Of a stretch of 64,000 nt of DNA, positions 8,952-18,173 are shown piece after piece. Every line of letters begins with the position of its first letter. The first letter of the stretch is position 1. The position numbers and the translations under genes are program-made. The notes under the pieces were generated by a model. The model did no database searches and was not told the origin of the DNA. It was given only the letters and a program-made list of their open reading frames with translations. The DNA comes from a virus. The stretch lies in the IMG/VR virus record IMGVR_UViG_3300044971_002889. One strand, given 5' to 3'.

Positions 8952-9754
8952 TAAATTACAATCCAATCAGGGCAATAAAGATCTTTTGTATCTAGGTGTT
9001 GATTATCTGGACCAAACCAGTTTTTAGGTGCAATAACTTTTTGACTTTTTGCCAACCAAGCACCCCACCAAGAGAATGAGGAATTGGCAATGATGTGTGA
9101 CTTACACATAGTCATAAGACACAAATCGATGTAACTAATATTTCCTTCTGCAACTAAAAATCTATCGTCCTCAAACAATTTTTGTTCCTTACACCATTTA
9201 GGATCATCAGAGAATATAATTACAGTTCGATCATTATCAAAATGACTTAGTGCCTCTTCATAATAATCCAAACCAAGATTATTATGGTTATGTGCAAGTT
9301 GCAAATAATCTGTTCTGCGTATATGCAAAGATACTGGTTCTTCAACACTATTCATCATAGATCTTGAAGGTCGAAGATACTGGGGGTTGAATGTAAAATC
9401 TTCTCTGATCTGATCTTCAATATTTTTAAAGTATTTTTCGCTTTGAAAGTATCCTTCCAAATTAACCCATTTGGGACAGTTATTAAAAAGTTCTTCATCA
9501 AAAGCAAAGGTGCTTTCTTTTAATGTAGGTCTTGCTCCACAAATATGCTGAACATTTAAATTTTGCAAATTTTCAAGCACAAATGGATAAAGTAATTGAT
9601 GGTCACTCCACTCATCATATCCAGATGGGTCATCAGATGGTGGTGGAATCATCCAGTTATATCCATTGTTTGCAGCAATTCCTCTCAAAGAGGCATACTG
9701 AAACATTTGATTTCCAAGTCTTCCTAGTTTTCCTAGATTATTAAATCCGATCAT
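8951..9754 (-). CDS. Alpha-1,2-fucosyltransferase (GT11)
   Basis: GRLGNQMFQYA, GYFQSEKYF, HIRRTDY, FSDD, IIANSSFSWWGAWL. Confidence 0.93.
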   Translation of the reverse strand: MIGFNNLGKLGRLGNQMFQYASLRGIAANNGYNWMIPPPSDDPSGYDEWSDHQLLYPFVLENLQNLNVQHICGARPTLKESTFAFDEELFNNCPKWVNLEGYFQSEKYFKNIEDQIREDFTFNPQYLRPSRSMMNSVEEPVSLHIRRTDYLQLAHNHNNLGLDYYEEALSHFDNDRTVIIFSDDPKWCKEQKLFEDDRFLVAEGNISYIDLCLMTMCKSHIIANSSFSWWGAWLAKSQKVIAPKNWFGPDNQHLDTKDLYCPDWIVI

Positions 9755-10676
9755 AGTTCTCTTTAAACCATTCATACGTTTGATAAATTCCCTGACGGAT
9801 TCCAACTTTAGGACTCCAACCAAGAGACTTAAGTTTGTCAACATTCATTACCTTTCTTGGAGTACCATTTGGTTTACTAATATCCCAAACAATTTCTCCA
9901 CGATAATCAATTACTTTAGCAATAATTTCTGTTAATTCTTTAATTGTAATATCAGATCCAGTACCAATATTGATAATTTCTGAATCATCATATTCATTCA
10001 TACAAATATAACATGCTTCTGCCATATCATCAATATAAAGAAATTCACGAAGAGGAGAACCATCTCCCCAACAAACAAATTGAGAATCTCCATTTAACTT
10101 TGCCTCATGCATTCTACGCATGATACCAGGAATTACATGACTAGATTCTGGATTAAAATTATCATTTACTCCATATAGATTAGTTGGTTGTAAAGAAATT
10201 GCATCAAATCCATATTGTTGACGATATGATTGACACATTTTAATTCCAGCAATCTTAGCAATTGCATATGCATCATTAGTTGGTTCTAAAGGACCAGTCA
10301 TCAACTGGTCTTCAGTAATTGGAATGTTTGGGTGCTTTGGATAAATGCAAGAGGACCCAAGAAATACCAACTTTTTAATACCATAATTATACGCCGCATT
10401 TATGATATTTGATTGGATCATCAAATTATCATAGATGAATTCTGCTGGGCGAGTTTTGTTTGCCATAATGCCACCAACTTTAGCAGCAGCAAGGAATACA
10501 TATTCTGGTTCTTCTGAACAAAAATACCTTTCAGTATCATCCTGATTAGTAAAATCTATATCATCACGAGTCCCTTCAATAATGTTAGTATATCCTTTGC
10601 TTCTTAGATTTCTAACAATTGCTGACCCCACTAGACCACGAGCACCAGCAACTAAAATTTTAGAATCACTGTCCAT
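9741..10676 (-). CDS. fcl: GDP-L-fucose synthase
   Basis: [39 protein letters not shown]. Confidence 0.95.
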   Translation of the reverse strand: MDSDSKILVAGARGLVGSAIVRNLRSKGYTNIIEGTRDDIDFTNQDDTERYFCSEEPEYVFLAAAKVGGIMANKTRPAEFIYDNLMIQSNIINAAYNYGIKKLVFLGSSCIYPKHPNIPITEDQLMTGPLEPTNDAYAIAKIAGIKMCQSYRQQYGFDAISLQPTNLYGVNDNFNPESSHVIPGIMRRMHEAKLNGDSQFVCWGDGSPLREFLYIDDMAEACYICMNEYDDSEIINIGTGSDITIKELTEIIAKVIDYRGEIVWDISKPNGTPRKVMNVDKLKSLGWSPKVGIRQGIYQTYEWFKENYDRI

Positions 10677-11673
10677 AAATGCACATATCCTCAACTAATT
10701 CATTAAAAGTAATTTTTGGTTCCCACCCAAGATTTTCCTTTGCTTTTGTGGGATCTCCCAACAAAGATTCAACTTCAGCAGGTCTAAAATATTTAGGGTC
10801 AACTTTAACAACTACTCTATTAGTATTCTTATCAATACCAACTTCATCTAGACCACTACCTTCCCATTTAATCTTCATTCCAAAGTAAGGTGCTGCAGTC
10901 TCAACAAATGCCCTAACTGAATATTGTTCACCAGTAGCAATCACATAATCATCGGGTTCATCTTGTTGAAGCATCATCCACATTGCTTCGACAAAATCTT
11001 TGGCATGTCCCCAATCTCTTTTAGCATTTAAATTGCCAAGATATAAAACATCCTGCAATCCAGCACTAATTTTAGAAAGACCTCTTGTTATTTTACGGGT
11101 AACAAATGTCTCACCACGACGAGGAGATTCATGGTTAAAAAGTATTCCTGTGCAAGCATACATTCCATAGGATTCTCGATAATTCTTTGTAATCCAATAT
11201 CCATATAATTTTGCTACCCCATAAGGAGAACGTGGATAAAAGGGAGTAGTTTCTTTTTGAGGAACCTCTTGCACTAATCCATAAAGTTCACTTGTAGATG
11301 CTTGATAAACTCTACAAGTTTTTTCCATTCCCAAAATTCTTACCGCTTCAAGAATTCTAAGAGTTCCCAATCCATCAACATTACCAGTATACTCAGGCAT
11401 CTCAAACGATACTTTTACATGACTTTGTGCCGCGAGATTATAAATCTCATCAGGTTTAGTTTGTTGGAGAATGTGAATAATATTTGCAGAATCGGTCAAA
11501 TCCCCATAATGTAACTTGAGATGTGGGTGATTAAAAATATGATCAATCCTATGTGTATTAATAAGGGATGCTCTACGAATTATTCCATGAACCATGTATC
11601 CCTTTTCAATCAATAATTCAGCAAGATAAGAACCATCTTGCCCCGTGATTCCTGTAATTAAAGCAGTCTTCAT
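10666..11673 (-). CDS. gmd: GDP-mannose 4,6-dehydratase
   Basis: [45 protein letters not shown]. Confidence 0.97.
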   Translation of the reverse strand: MKTALITGITGQDGSYLAELLIEKGYMVHGIIRRASLINTHRIDHIFNHPHLKLHYGDLTDSANIIHILQQTKPDEIYNLAAQSHVKVSFEMPEYTGNVDGLGTLRILEAVRILGMEKTCRVYQASTSELYGLVQEVPQKETTPFYPRSPYGVAKLYGYWITKNYRESYGMYACTGILFNHESPRRGETFVTRKITRGLSKISAGLQDVLYLGNLNAKRDWGHAKDFVEAMWMMLQQDEPDDYVIATGEQYSVRAFVETAAPYFGMKIKWEGSGLDEVGIDKNTNRVVVKVDPKYFRPAEVESLLGDPTKAKENLGWEPKITFNELVEDMCIYGQ

Positions 11674-11695
11674 AGTAAGTGTATATTCACCAAAA

Positions 11696-11732
11696 ATTAT
11701 AGCACCTCCAAACAAAAACATCAATAATAAAT
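11696..11732. promoter_or_regulatory. Divergent promoters: sigma70-type (minus, glycan operon) and late-type ATAAATA (plus, 11757 gene)
   Basis: Minus TTGATG, 17 bp, TATAAT with TGn extension; plus AATAAATA near 11725-11732. Confidence 0.55.
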
Positions 11733-11756
11733 ACTCTTACTGGACTCATTATCTTA

Positions 11757-12395
11757 ATGGAAAAAACCGCTCAAATAAAAAAGCACGAAGGGAATTATTT
11801 CTACAAAGCATATAATTTTATGCCAGAAGAATCTCTTCCAGAACTATATTCCTCTGCGGTAAAATGGTTAGAGAATACTCGAAAGAGTACACTTGAAGAA
11901 GTATTTCCCCCAGAAGCATCTCAGAATTTATTGGGTAACGCGATACAAGAATCTTTCCTATCTGAGCAAGTTTGGGTAAATTTTTATTCGGAAGCAAAAA
12001 AACATATTGCACAATATTGCAAAGTAACAGGAATCAATATACAAAATATTCGTTTACATTCTTCTTGGATTACTAGACTGCACAATTTAGATTTTCCAAG
12101 TGTACACTCAAAAAATGAGTTGGAAAAAAGATTAGGGTTGCATAATACATTTGGAAATATGCATTCCCATAAAACCAATCCTATAGGAATGGTTTATTAT
12201 TTAAAAAACCCAGACCCAAAATATGGAACTATAGTAAAAATAACAAATAAAAAAATATTTAATAATAACGGAGAAGAAAATACTATTATGATTTTTGACC
12301 CTAGACTATATCATACAGCATTATATCCACCAATTAAAGAAACTGAAGTTTATCCTAGAATTACCATTGTAGTTGATTGTGAGTATATTGATTAA
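11757..12395 (+). CDS. 2OG-Fe(II) oxygenase-like protein
   Basis: SW..., HSH, VYYL, IFD...LYH, R-I-T-I; double-stranded beta-helix pattern. Confidence 0.65.
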   Translation: MEKTAQIKKHEGNYFYKAYNFMPEESLPELYSSAVKWLENTRKSTLEEVFPPEASQNLLGNAIQESFLSEQVWVNFYSEAKKHIAQYCKVTGINIQNIRLHSSWITRLHNLDFPSVHSKNELEKRLGLHNTFGNMHSHKTNPIGMVYYLKNPDPKYGTIVKITNKKIFNNNGEENTIMIFDPRLYHTALYPPIKETEVYPRITIVVDCEYID

Positions 12396-13045
12396 GGTAA
12401 AACCCAATCAGGAACTCCAAAGGGAATATTAATATACCAATCAAATACAATATTATATTTTATAAAATCACTATTAATTAAAAATTTATTTGAACATGGA
12501 TATGAACCACCATTAAAAATAACCAACGAATTCTGTTCTCCAGGAATAGATTTAATTTTATTTCCTATTTTTATATCCGTTCCCATATGTACATTATCAT
12601 TTCTTAGATAATATACAGTTCTTATCATATGTTTTTTAAGCCAGTCGTCATCAACGAGTCCAAAATCATCCTGAAAAATTGAAGATTCAAAATTAATTAC
12701 ACTAAATATGCTATTTGGTTTTGTTGCTGATCTTTCTCCCCAACAAGAATGGGGAACAATTAAAGATTCATCAACACCAACAACTTTAAAATATTCCAGT
12801 ACATGATGTTTTACTCTAAGACAAAATATATTCCAACATCTCTCATCATAGGGAAAATAAGAACTTGATGATAATGCCAATCCATGGCAGTCAATAATAC
12901 ATTTTGTTACTTCTATTGCATCTGCATGTAGTAAATTATATTTAAAATGTTTATCAGAACTTACTTTTAATTCATTCTGCAAATCATCAGAAAAAACATT
13001 TTTAACTACATGTACATAATCAGATTTAATAATATTTTTTTCCAT
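12392..13045 (-). CDS. Degenerate 2OG-Fe(II) oxygenase-like paralog of 11757-12395
   Basis: Aligns by eye with its neighbour (W..F...K.H...Y.KV.G......HS.W..R; VYYL.N; GE.N...IF) but lacks the His ligands. Confidence 0.55.
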   Translation of the reverse strand: MEKNIIKSDYVHVVKNVFSDDLQNELKVSSDKHFKYNLLHADAIEVTKCIIDCHGLALSSSSYFPYDERCWNIFCLRVKHHVLEYFKVVGVDESLIVPHSCWGERSATKPNSIFSVINFESSIFQDDFGLVDDDWLKKHMIRTVYYLRNDNVHMGTDIKIGNKIKSIPGEQNSLVIFNGGSYPCSNKFLINSDFIKYNIVFDWYINIPFGVPDWVLP

Positions 13046-13841
13046 AATTTGGAGAATGTAATGGTGTCTTTTTCGTAAATTTATTTGCCTTTTTAGGGCA
13101 CATTGTACAAACTGGTTCCGCAGTTCTTGTGAAAAATTCTAGAATATCTATCTCAGAACTAGTTGGTAACAATGGGTTATACTTTAAATAAGGATCCCAT
13201 TTTGATGATAGATTATTCCCAAATTTTTTCTTTTGTAGTGGTAAGTAAGCAAGCGCCGCACATTTATATATTTTACCATCCAATAATTGAAAGTTTTCTT
13301 GTCCTCCTGGACAATTATTCCAACTCTCAATATAATCATCACTGCAAATTGGTTCAATAGAACACCCATATCCAGTATATGTTCTTAACCAATAAGTAGA
13401 TGCATCATGTATTTTATAATTTACTCCAGATGACTTAATTTTTTGAATCGCAATATCAAATAATCTGATGTAATTATGGTCCTGCGAATGTTTAGTTATA
13501 GTCAAAATACAATTTGTATCAATCAGTGCTTTTGATAGTCCATCAATTCTATCAAATAGCAATCCATTCGATACTAATTCAAATTCTTGGTCATCTTGTA
13601 TATTCCAAATCTCTTTTGTCATGTAAATAATATCAACGATCTCCTTATTGAGAAGAGGTTCTCCACCTAACATTGACAATTCTTTTGGATAAATTTTTTT
13701 ATTCCAACACAAATACCACTCTTTTAGAGTGGTAAGTGAAATATTTTCTTTGTACCCATCATTAGTATAATGACCACATCCCTCACAAGTAAAATTGCAA
13801 GAATGGGTAACATGCCACTCTAAGTGGGGGATTTTAATCAT
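13026..13841 (-). CDS. Radical SAM protein
   Basis: CNFTCEGC (CxxxCxxC), LGGEPLL, SNG; C-terminal Cys cluster (NC...YKC...CTMCP). Confidence 0.9.
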   Translation of the reverse strand: MIKIPHLEWHVTHSCNFTCEGCGHYTNDGYKENISLTTLKEWYLCWNKKIYPKELSMLGGEPLLNKEIVDIIYMTKEIWNIQDDQEFELVSNGLLFDRIDGLSKALIDTNCILTITKHSQDHNYIRLFDIAIQKIKSSGVNYKIHDASTYWLRTYTGYGCSIEPICSDDYIESWNNCPGGQENFQLLDGKIYKCAALAYLPLQKKKFGNNLSSKWDPYLKYNPLLPTSSEIDILEFFTRTAEPVCTMCPKKANKFTKKTPLHSPNYGKKYY

Positions 13842-14452
13842 TGGGCATCAATACTAGATACATCTCTTTCAGGAGAGAAAGTTCTCATTCCAATATTACC
13901 AGCATACCACCCAGTTGCAATATACTTATTAACTGGTGTGGGATTACCCCTATGCAGATGAGTAAAAGATCCAGGCCAAATTGCAACTCTACCTAATTTT
14001 GGCTTTACTTTTACCCCCTGATATAAAAATTCAGTTTCTCCACCATCTTCAATATCATTAAAGTACACTGTCCAAGCAAGAGTTCTTTCTTTTGTTATCC
14101 ATGTTGTATTTTCTGCATGGAAAGAATGATAACCACCACGCCTTGGTTCCGTTTTTTGAAGAAGAACTGTACAACTATGGTAACTAAATTGTTTTAAATA
14201 AGGGTATGAATCAATATATTGATTCATACAGAAGTCAATTCCTCCCATCAAATAGTTTGCCTCAGATGGAGAAAATGCACTAAGGCATACTTGCTTATCT
14301 GTAACAAAACTATAATTTCTAGAATTAATGAATGAAGTATTATCAATATAATTAATAATAAAATCACAGAATTCTTGATCAAATACATTATCCCAAACAC
14401 CAATAAAGTTATCTAAAACTGAATTAGTTGGTGTAGATTTTTTGTTTTCCAT
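13838..14452 (-). CDS. 2OG-Fe(II) oxygenase (P4H-like)
   Basis: YHSFHAE, YFNDIEDGGETEF, FTHLHRG, KYIATGW. Confidence 0.88.
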   Translation of the reverse strand: MENKKSTPTNSVLDNFIGVWDNVFDQEFCDFIINYIDNTSFINSRNYSFVTDKQVCLSAFSPSEANYLMGGIDFCMNQYIDSYPYLKQFSYHSCTVLLQKTEPRRGGYHSFHAENTTWITKERTLAWTVYFNDIEDGGETEFLYQGVKVKPKLGRVAIWPGSFTHLHRGNPTPVNKYIATGWYAGNIGMRTFSPERDVSSIDAQ

Positions 14453-14467
14453 AAAAACCAAAGAAGG

Positions 14468-14865
14468 ACGCGCCACCTAGTTTTGACTGAACTAGGAAAC
14501 AGGCGGGAGAGATTCCCATCCGCACCAGTCGGCATATTTAAAGTCCATCCGACGAGGACATAAGGGGTCAGATTGACTCCACCACTTAGTTTTAAGAAAC
14601 TAAGAAAAGTTGGGTTAACTTTGATATTTCGGAGATACCAAAGAATGCACATAAAAACAGCACATCCCAAAGTTTAAGTTTGATAGCAAAAGGAATTGTG
14701 AGAAGACCTCCAATAACTTTAATCATCAAACCATATTTAAATTCTCCCCATAACATAGTTTGATAACCAATTATAAGAAGAATGTTTCCAATCCACCGAA
14801 GTAAATCAGATTTAGACATAAGGGGTTGCTCCCGACCAGGGCACTTTTATAGTCATTCCGAGACT
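14468..14865 (-). ncRNA. Structured RNA (possibly manA-type cyanophage motif) split by an inserted ORF
   Basis: Hairpins AGTC/GACT, GTCC/GGAC, GGGA/TCCC, CCTAGTT/AACTAGG; family name from memory only. Confidence 0.5.
14592..14819 (-). CDS. Small membrane protein (75 aa)
   Basis: Three hydrophobic segments; lies between 12-bp direct repeats. Confidence 0.65.
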   Translation of the reverse strand: MSKSDLLRWIGNILLIIGYQTMLWGEFKYGLMIKVIGGLLTIPFAIKLKLWDVLFLCAFFGISEISKLTQLFLVS

Positions 14866-15079
14866 AGGCAACTTCAATTTGCTCAAGATCTTGAACCAGA
14901 CAATCAATGAGAATATCATAATCATCTAGAGGATCTCCAGAAAAGACTACACCTTCATTTTCATAATAACGACGGACTTTTTTAAAGAGTTTTGGGTTTT
15001 TTACATCTAGGTAAAAATCACCGTTTGCAGCACCACGAAGAGTTTGCACATCTTTTTTAAATTTTTCTGTGAGAGTCAT
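14864..15079 (-). CDS. Conserved cyanophage hypothetical protein
   Basis: MTLTEKFKKD...GVVFSGDPLDDYDIL; own promoter upstream. Confidence 0.7.
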   Translation of the reverse strand: MTLTEKFKKDVQTLRGAANGDFYLDVKNPKLFKKVRRYYENEGVVFSGDPLDDYDILIDCLVQDLEQIEVA

Positions 15080-15101
15080 TGCTTTGAATGTTGACCTTAA
15101 T

Positions 15102-15130
15102 AGTATAAGGGTTTGACAGTTATCTGTCAA
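15102..15130 (-). promoter_or_regulatory. Sigma70-type promoter containing the palindrome TTGACAG-ATAA-CTGTCAA
   Basis: TTGACA, 17 bp, TATACT. Confidence 0.75.
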
Positions 15131-15131
15131 G

Positions 15132-15204
15132 TGCTCCTTGCGTGGATCGAACACGCCTCAGGCGAATTATGAGTTCGCTGCATTCACCAGATTGCTAAAG
15201 GAGC
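15132..15204 (-). tRNA. tRNA with CAT anticodon (elongator Met or Ile2)
   Basis: Acceptor GCTCCTT/AAGGAGC, anticodon arm GCGAA-CTCATAA-TTCGC, GTTCGATC T-loop. Confidence 0.9.
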
Positions 15205-15207
15205 AAG

Positions 15208-15335
15208 TGGGGATAGTCGAACTTCACCCAATTTGGGCAAAGTCCTCGGACCCTGCCCAACCATCCCCATACGACGCTACGGAAGATATCCGTAGTAGAA
15301 GTTGGCGTCTACTTAGTTAATCGCTAAGGACTACC
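15208..15335 (-). ncRNA. Unannotated structured RNA between two tRNAs
   Basis: Stems CTTAG/CTAAG, CTACGGA/TCCGTAG, GGGCAGGGTC/GACTTTGCCC, TGGGGATGGTTG/CGACTATCCCCA. Confidence 0.5.
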
Positions 15336-15337
15336 AA

Positions 15338-15409
15338 TAGGACTGCTGAGAATTGAACTCAGTTCACACCGTTATAAGCAGTGGGCCTTAACCAATAGGC
15401 GACAGTCCC
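15338..15409 (-). tRNA. tRNA-Ile (TAT)
   Basis: GGGACTG/CAGTCCT acceptor, CACTG-CTTATAA-CGGTG anticodon arm, GTTCAATT T-loop. Confidence 0.88.
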
Positions 15410-15413
15410 TCGA

Positions 15414-15911
15414 TTAAAAATAGTTAACTATTACAATAGATCTAAAAAAAGAATCCGTGCAAGTTGTACTACAATGATTTTTACTTGGATCAAAGAATAG
15501 TGCTCTATTCTCTATTGATTCTACTTTAGTTCCATCTTCCAAAATAGTAAATCCATTATTAGTATTCAAATAAACTATCAATCCAAAATGTTCATATGGA
15601 TAATCTATATGCATCCCATGCTGGACAATTTTATTTGTTTTTGGATAGACATTTGCTCTTGCTCTAATAATTGCTTTTGGATTTATTTTTTCAAAGATTG
15701 GGTTTAAAGATCCAAAGTATTGACTAGAAATATTGTAGTCTGTATAAAACGTGTGGGTAAAATAAATTCCTTCATCATTGTAAGTATTCTTTGTTGATAT
15801 TCCATGATTTAAAAACCAAGGAATTGTATTATTTCCCACAATTGTTTTTTTAAAATGTTCAAAAATTGATGGTTCAATAAAGTTATCAATAATTTTTGTT
15901 GACTGGTCCAT
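15414..15911 (-). CDS. 2OG-Fe(II) oxygenase-like protein
   Basis: HGMHID, YLNTNNGFT, ENRALFFD...H...R...NYF. Confidence 0.8.
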   Translation of the reverse strand: MDQSTKIIDNFIEPSIFEHFKKTIVGNNTIPWFLNHGISTKNTYNDEGIYFTHTFYTDYNISSQYFGSLNPIFEKINPKAIIRARANVYPKTNKIVQHGMHIDYPYEHFGLIVYLNTNNGFTILEDGTKVESIENRALFFDPSKNHCSTTCTDSFFRSIVIVNYF

Positions 15912-15934
15912 AGTAACAGATGGTCTTATGGTTG

Positions 15935-16135
15935 TCAAGGTGCTTCGTTGTGGTCAGTGTATATTCGTATCAATTCTTCATCTGCTGGCATGAGCACTGC
16001 TTCACCATACTCACTAGTGATGATAAAAGACTTCATTTCCTTTTCAACCAAATTCATTAAGTTATCAAAATCTGCTTGAAACTCTTCCACAGTATACCTC
16101 TTTAAACTACCAAGTTCCTTTTCGATACTCATCAT
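15935..16135 (-). CDS. Small cyanophage protein, Phd/YefM-like
   Basis: YTVEEFQADFDNLMNLVE...FIITSEYGEAVLMP resembles the Phd/YefM N-terminal pattern; start trimmed from the ORF track. Confidence 0.5.
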   Translation of the reverse strand: MMSIEKELGSLKRYTVEEFQADFDNLMNLVEKEMKSFIITSEYGEAVLMPADEELIRIYTDHNEAP

Positions 16136-16790
16136 CAACCTCCGCAGGACAAAGATATTGTACTTTATTATTTTTATATGGGATATAATCCCAATTTTCT
16201 GGTCTCCAATGAAAGTACATGTTCCTATAATAATCTCCTTGAAATGGAGTATATCTAGAGTGAACACATAGACTCTCATATAATAACATGTCACCAGGTT
16301 CAAAAACAACCTTGTGTCTAACACCATCATGATCCCAAAAATCTAAAGGCCAATTTGTATTTTTGGGTTGCTCGTCAATAAAAATTATACAACTAATAAT
16401 ATGAGTTTTTATTTCATCTCGGTGTAAACATAATATTGAGTCTTTTGGATAACTTCTTATTCCATAACCCGTGCTATATTTTAATTTTTGATGAGACCAT
16501 TCTTCCAATATTGGTTGAAGAATATCCGCCCATTCTTTTAATTTTTCTGTGGGAATATGGTTTATATGGGTATAAGGATTTTTAATTCTTTTAGGGTCAC
16601 CTAAAGGATTTCTAAATGCTATCGAACCAGCCGTAATGTGTTCTCCGTATTTAGGATCATAATGAGAATTGGTAGAATCTTCTTTTTGTGAGAAGTCGCA
16701 AGTATTATAAAAATTCAATATTTCAGAATATAAATTCTCTGGAACCCTGACCAGTTTAAACGGATTATCTGCAAAACTTGGCCACTTCAT
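16107..16790 (-). CDS. 2OG-Fe(II) oxygenase
   Basis: YGIRSY, LHRD, WPL, PGDMLLYES..H.R...F.H. Confidence 0.82.
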   Translation of the reverse strand: MKWPSFADNPFKLVRVPENLYSEILNFYNTCDFSQKEDSTNSHYDPKYGEHITAGSIAFRNPLGDPKRIKNPYTHINHIPTEKLKEWADILQPILEEWSHQKLKYSTGYGIRSYPKDSILCLHRDEIKTHIISCIIFIDEQPKNTNWPLDFWDHDGVRHKVVFEPGDMLLYESLCVHSRYTPFQGDYYRNMYFHWRPENWDYIPYKNNKVQYLCPAEVDDEYRKGTW

Positions 16791-17398
16791 TTTAATTTGG
16801 GACCATACATCCAAGTAACCAAAGATACTCTTCTTCCTCTTGTTACTGGAGTAACTCTATGAGGAATTCTTGAATCAAATACAATAACAGATCCTTTTTC
16901 TTTTGGTGCCTGTATAATATTGCCATGATAGTCTATGAATTCTAAGTCACCACCATCATATTCAGAAGGGTCACTAACTAAAACACTTGCACTAAGTTTT
17001 CTAGTCCACTTCCCATTTTTTGAAGTTCCATAATCACTATGCCAACCATAGTGTCCATTTTCAAGATATACTGAGATTTGTATACTTTCAAGTAAATTCA
17101 AATCATATTCCCAATACTTTCTATTAGATAAACCAATATAATAAGAAATTACACTACATGCCCAATGGTCTTCAAACCACCAATTGATTTTAGAATTTCT
17201 AATTTTTGGGTCTATCCGACCATTATCCTCACCACCAACACCAGCATCTTCAAATGGAACTTTAAATTCTTCCATCTCTTTCAATTCTTTGACCATAAGA
17301 TCTACCAAATCTTCTGGAAGAACTTCTCTATGATAAACTAATGGAGAATCTGCAAGAACATGTGGTTCTTGACCGTTTATTTTAATACTTTTATCCAT
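16787..17398 (-). CDS. 2OG-Fe(II) oxygenase (PKHD/P4H type)
   Basis: YGWHSD, RKLS, YDGGDLEF, HRVTPVTRGRRVSLVTW. Confidence 0.92.
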   Translation of the reverse strand: MDKSIKINGQEPHVLADSPLVYHREVLPEDLVDLMVKELKEMEEFKVPFEDAGVGGEDNGRIDPKIRNSKINWWFEDHWACSVISYYIGLSNRKYWEYDLNLLESIQISVYLENGHYGWHSDYGTSKNGKWTRKLSASVLVSDPSEYDGGDLEFIDYHGNIIQAPKEKGSVIVFDSRIPHRVTPVTRGRRVSLVTWMYGPKLK

Positions 17399-17425
17399 GA
17401 ATTAAAAGAACAAATATTGTCCAAG

Positions 17426-17500
17426 TCGGGGTGAAAGGATTTGAACCTTCGGCCCCTGCTTCCCAAAAGCAGTGCTCTATCCAAACTGAGCTACACCCCG
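17426..17500 (-). tRNA. tRNA-Pro (TGG)
   Basis: CGGGGTG/CACCCCG acceptor, CTGCT-TTTGGGA-AGCAG. Confidence 0.95.
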
Positions 17501-17518
17501 TTGACTTGGTATGAGGAT

Positions 17519-17547
17519 ATTATACATCCTCATAATTTTGTTGTCAA
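17519..17547 (-). promoter_or_regulatory. Sigma70-type promoter of tRNA-Pro
   Basis: TTGACA, 17 bp, TATAAT. Confidence 0.8.
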
Positions 17548-18140
17548 GCGTTTAAGACTTCCTCTCTTATATATGAAGCAATCAATACCCCTCGACGAGT
17601 ATCTGACTTATTATAAGCATAATGTTCTGATAATTTTTCATCAAATAAATTTAAGTCTCCATTTTTAAGAAGACGTTCTTCTCCATTAACAACCAATGCT
17701 GAAGGTCCATCGCTTGGAATATCTAAACTAAAATGATACTTTATTACACTTGAATGTAAAAAGTTATCATCAATTCTTTCATCTCCATCAGAATGGGGAC
17801 TAATTTCAACTCCTGGTTCAAGAATAGAAAATACAGCAAGAACTGGTTTAATTGATTGACTAAGTAATATTCTTACTGTCTCAGACTGTTGTACTTGAAG
17901 AGGTGTCCTTAAAATTTGCTGTCTATTAAAAATTAATGGACACACTTTCCAGGGAAAATTTGGAGTGTATGTTGGAACAAACCCCAAAAAATTATTATCT
18001 AATGAAGTTAAATTGTATGTATGAGAATAATCTATAAAATAATTACAATCCCTAAATTCAATATAATCACTTTTAATTTGAGAGTAATTAGATGTAAAAA
18101 TAGAAGTTTGTATTTTACTCAATTTTGGTTCAATAAACAT
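17544..18140 (-). CDS. Aspartyl/asparaginyl beta-hydroxylase-domain protein
   Basis: FSILEPG..ISPHSD, YHFSL.IP, FDE...H.AYN.S...R.VLI. Confidence 0.85.
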   Translation of the reverse strand: MFIEPKLSKIQTSIFTSNYSQIKSDYIEFRDCNYFIDYSHTYNLTSLDNNFLGFVPTYTPNFPWKVCPLIFNRQQILRTPLQVQQSETVRILLSQSIKPVLAVFSILEPGVEISPHSDGDERIDDNFLHSSVIKYHFSLDIPSDGPSALVVNGEERLLKNGDLNLFDEKLSEHYAYNKSDTRRGVLIASYIREEVLNA

Positions 18141-18173
18141 TATTTAATATAATAATTTTTATTATTTATGGGG

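Noticed and set aside
14468-14865. tmRNA, split tRNA or self-splicing intron
   Set aside because: No TPsiC arm, acceptor CCA, tag reading frame or group I/II core could be identified
15208-15335. Theta/HDV-like or hammerhead ribozyme call
   Set aside because: Could not fit the nested double pseudoknot or the CUGAUGA/GAAA core; kept as an unknown RNA
15935-16135. Toxin-antitoxin system
   Set aside because: Only a Phd-like fold is suggested; the neighbours are oxygenases and no toxin is adjacent. The same applies to the AbrB-like gene at 60386
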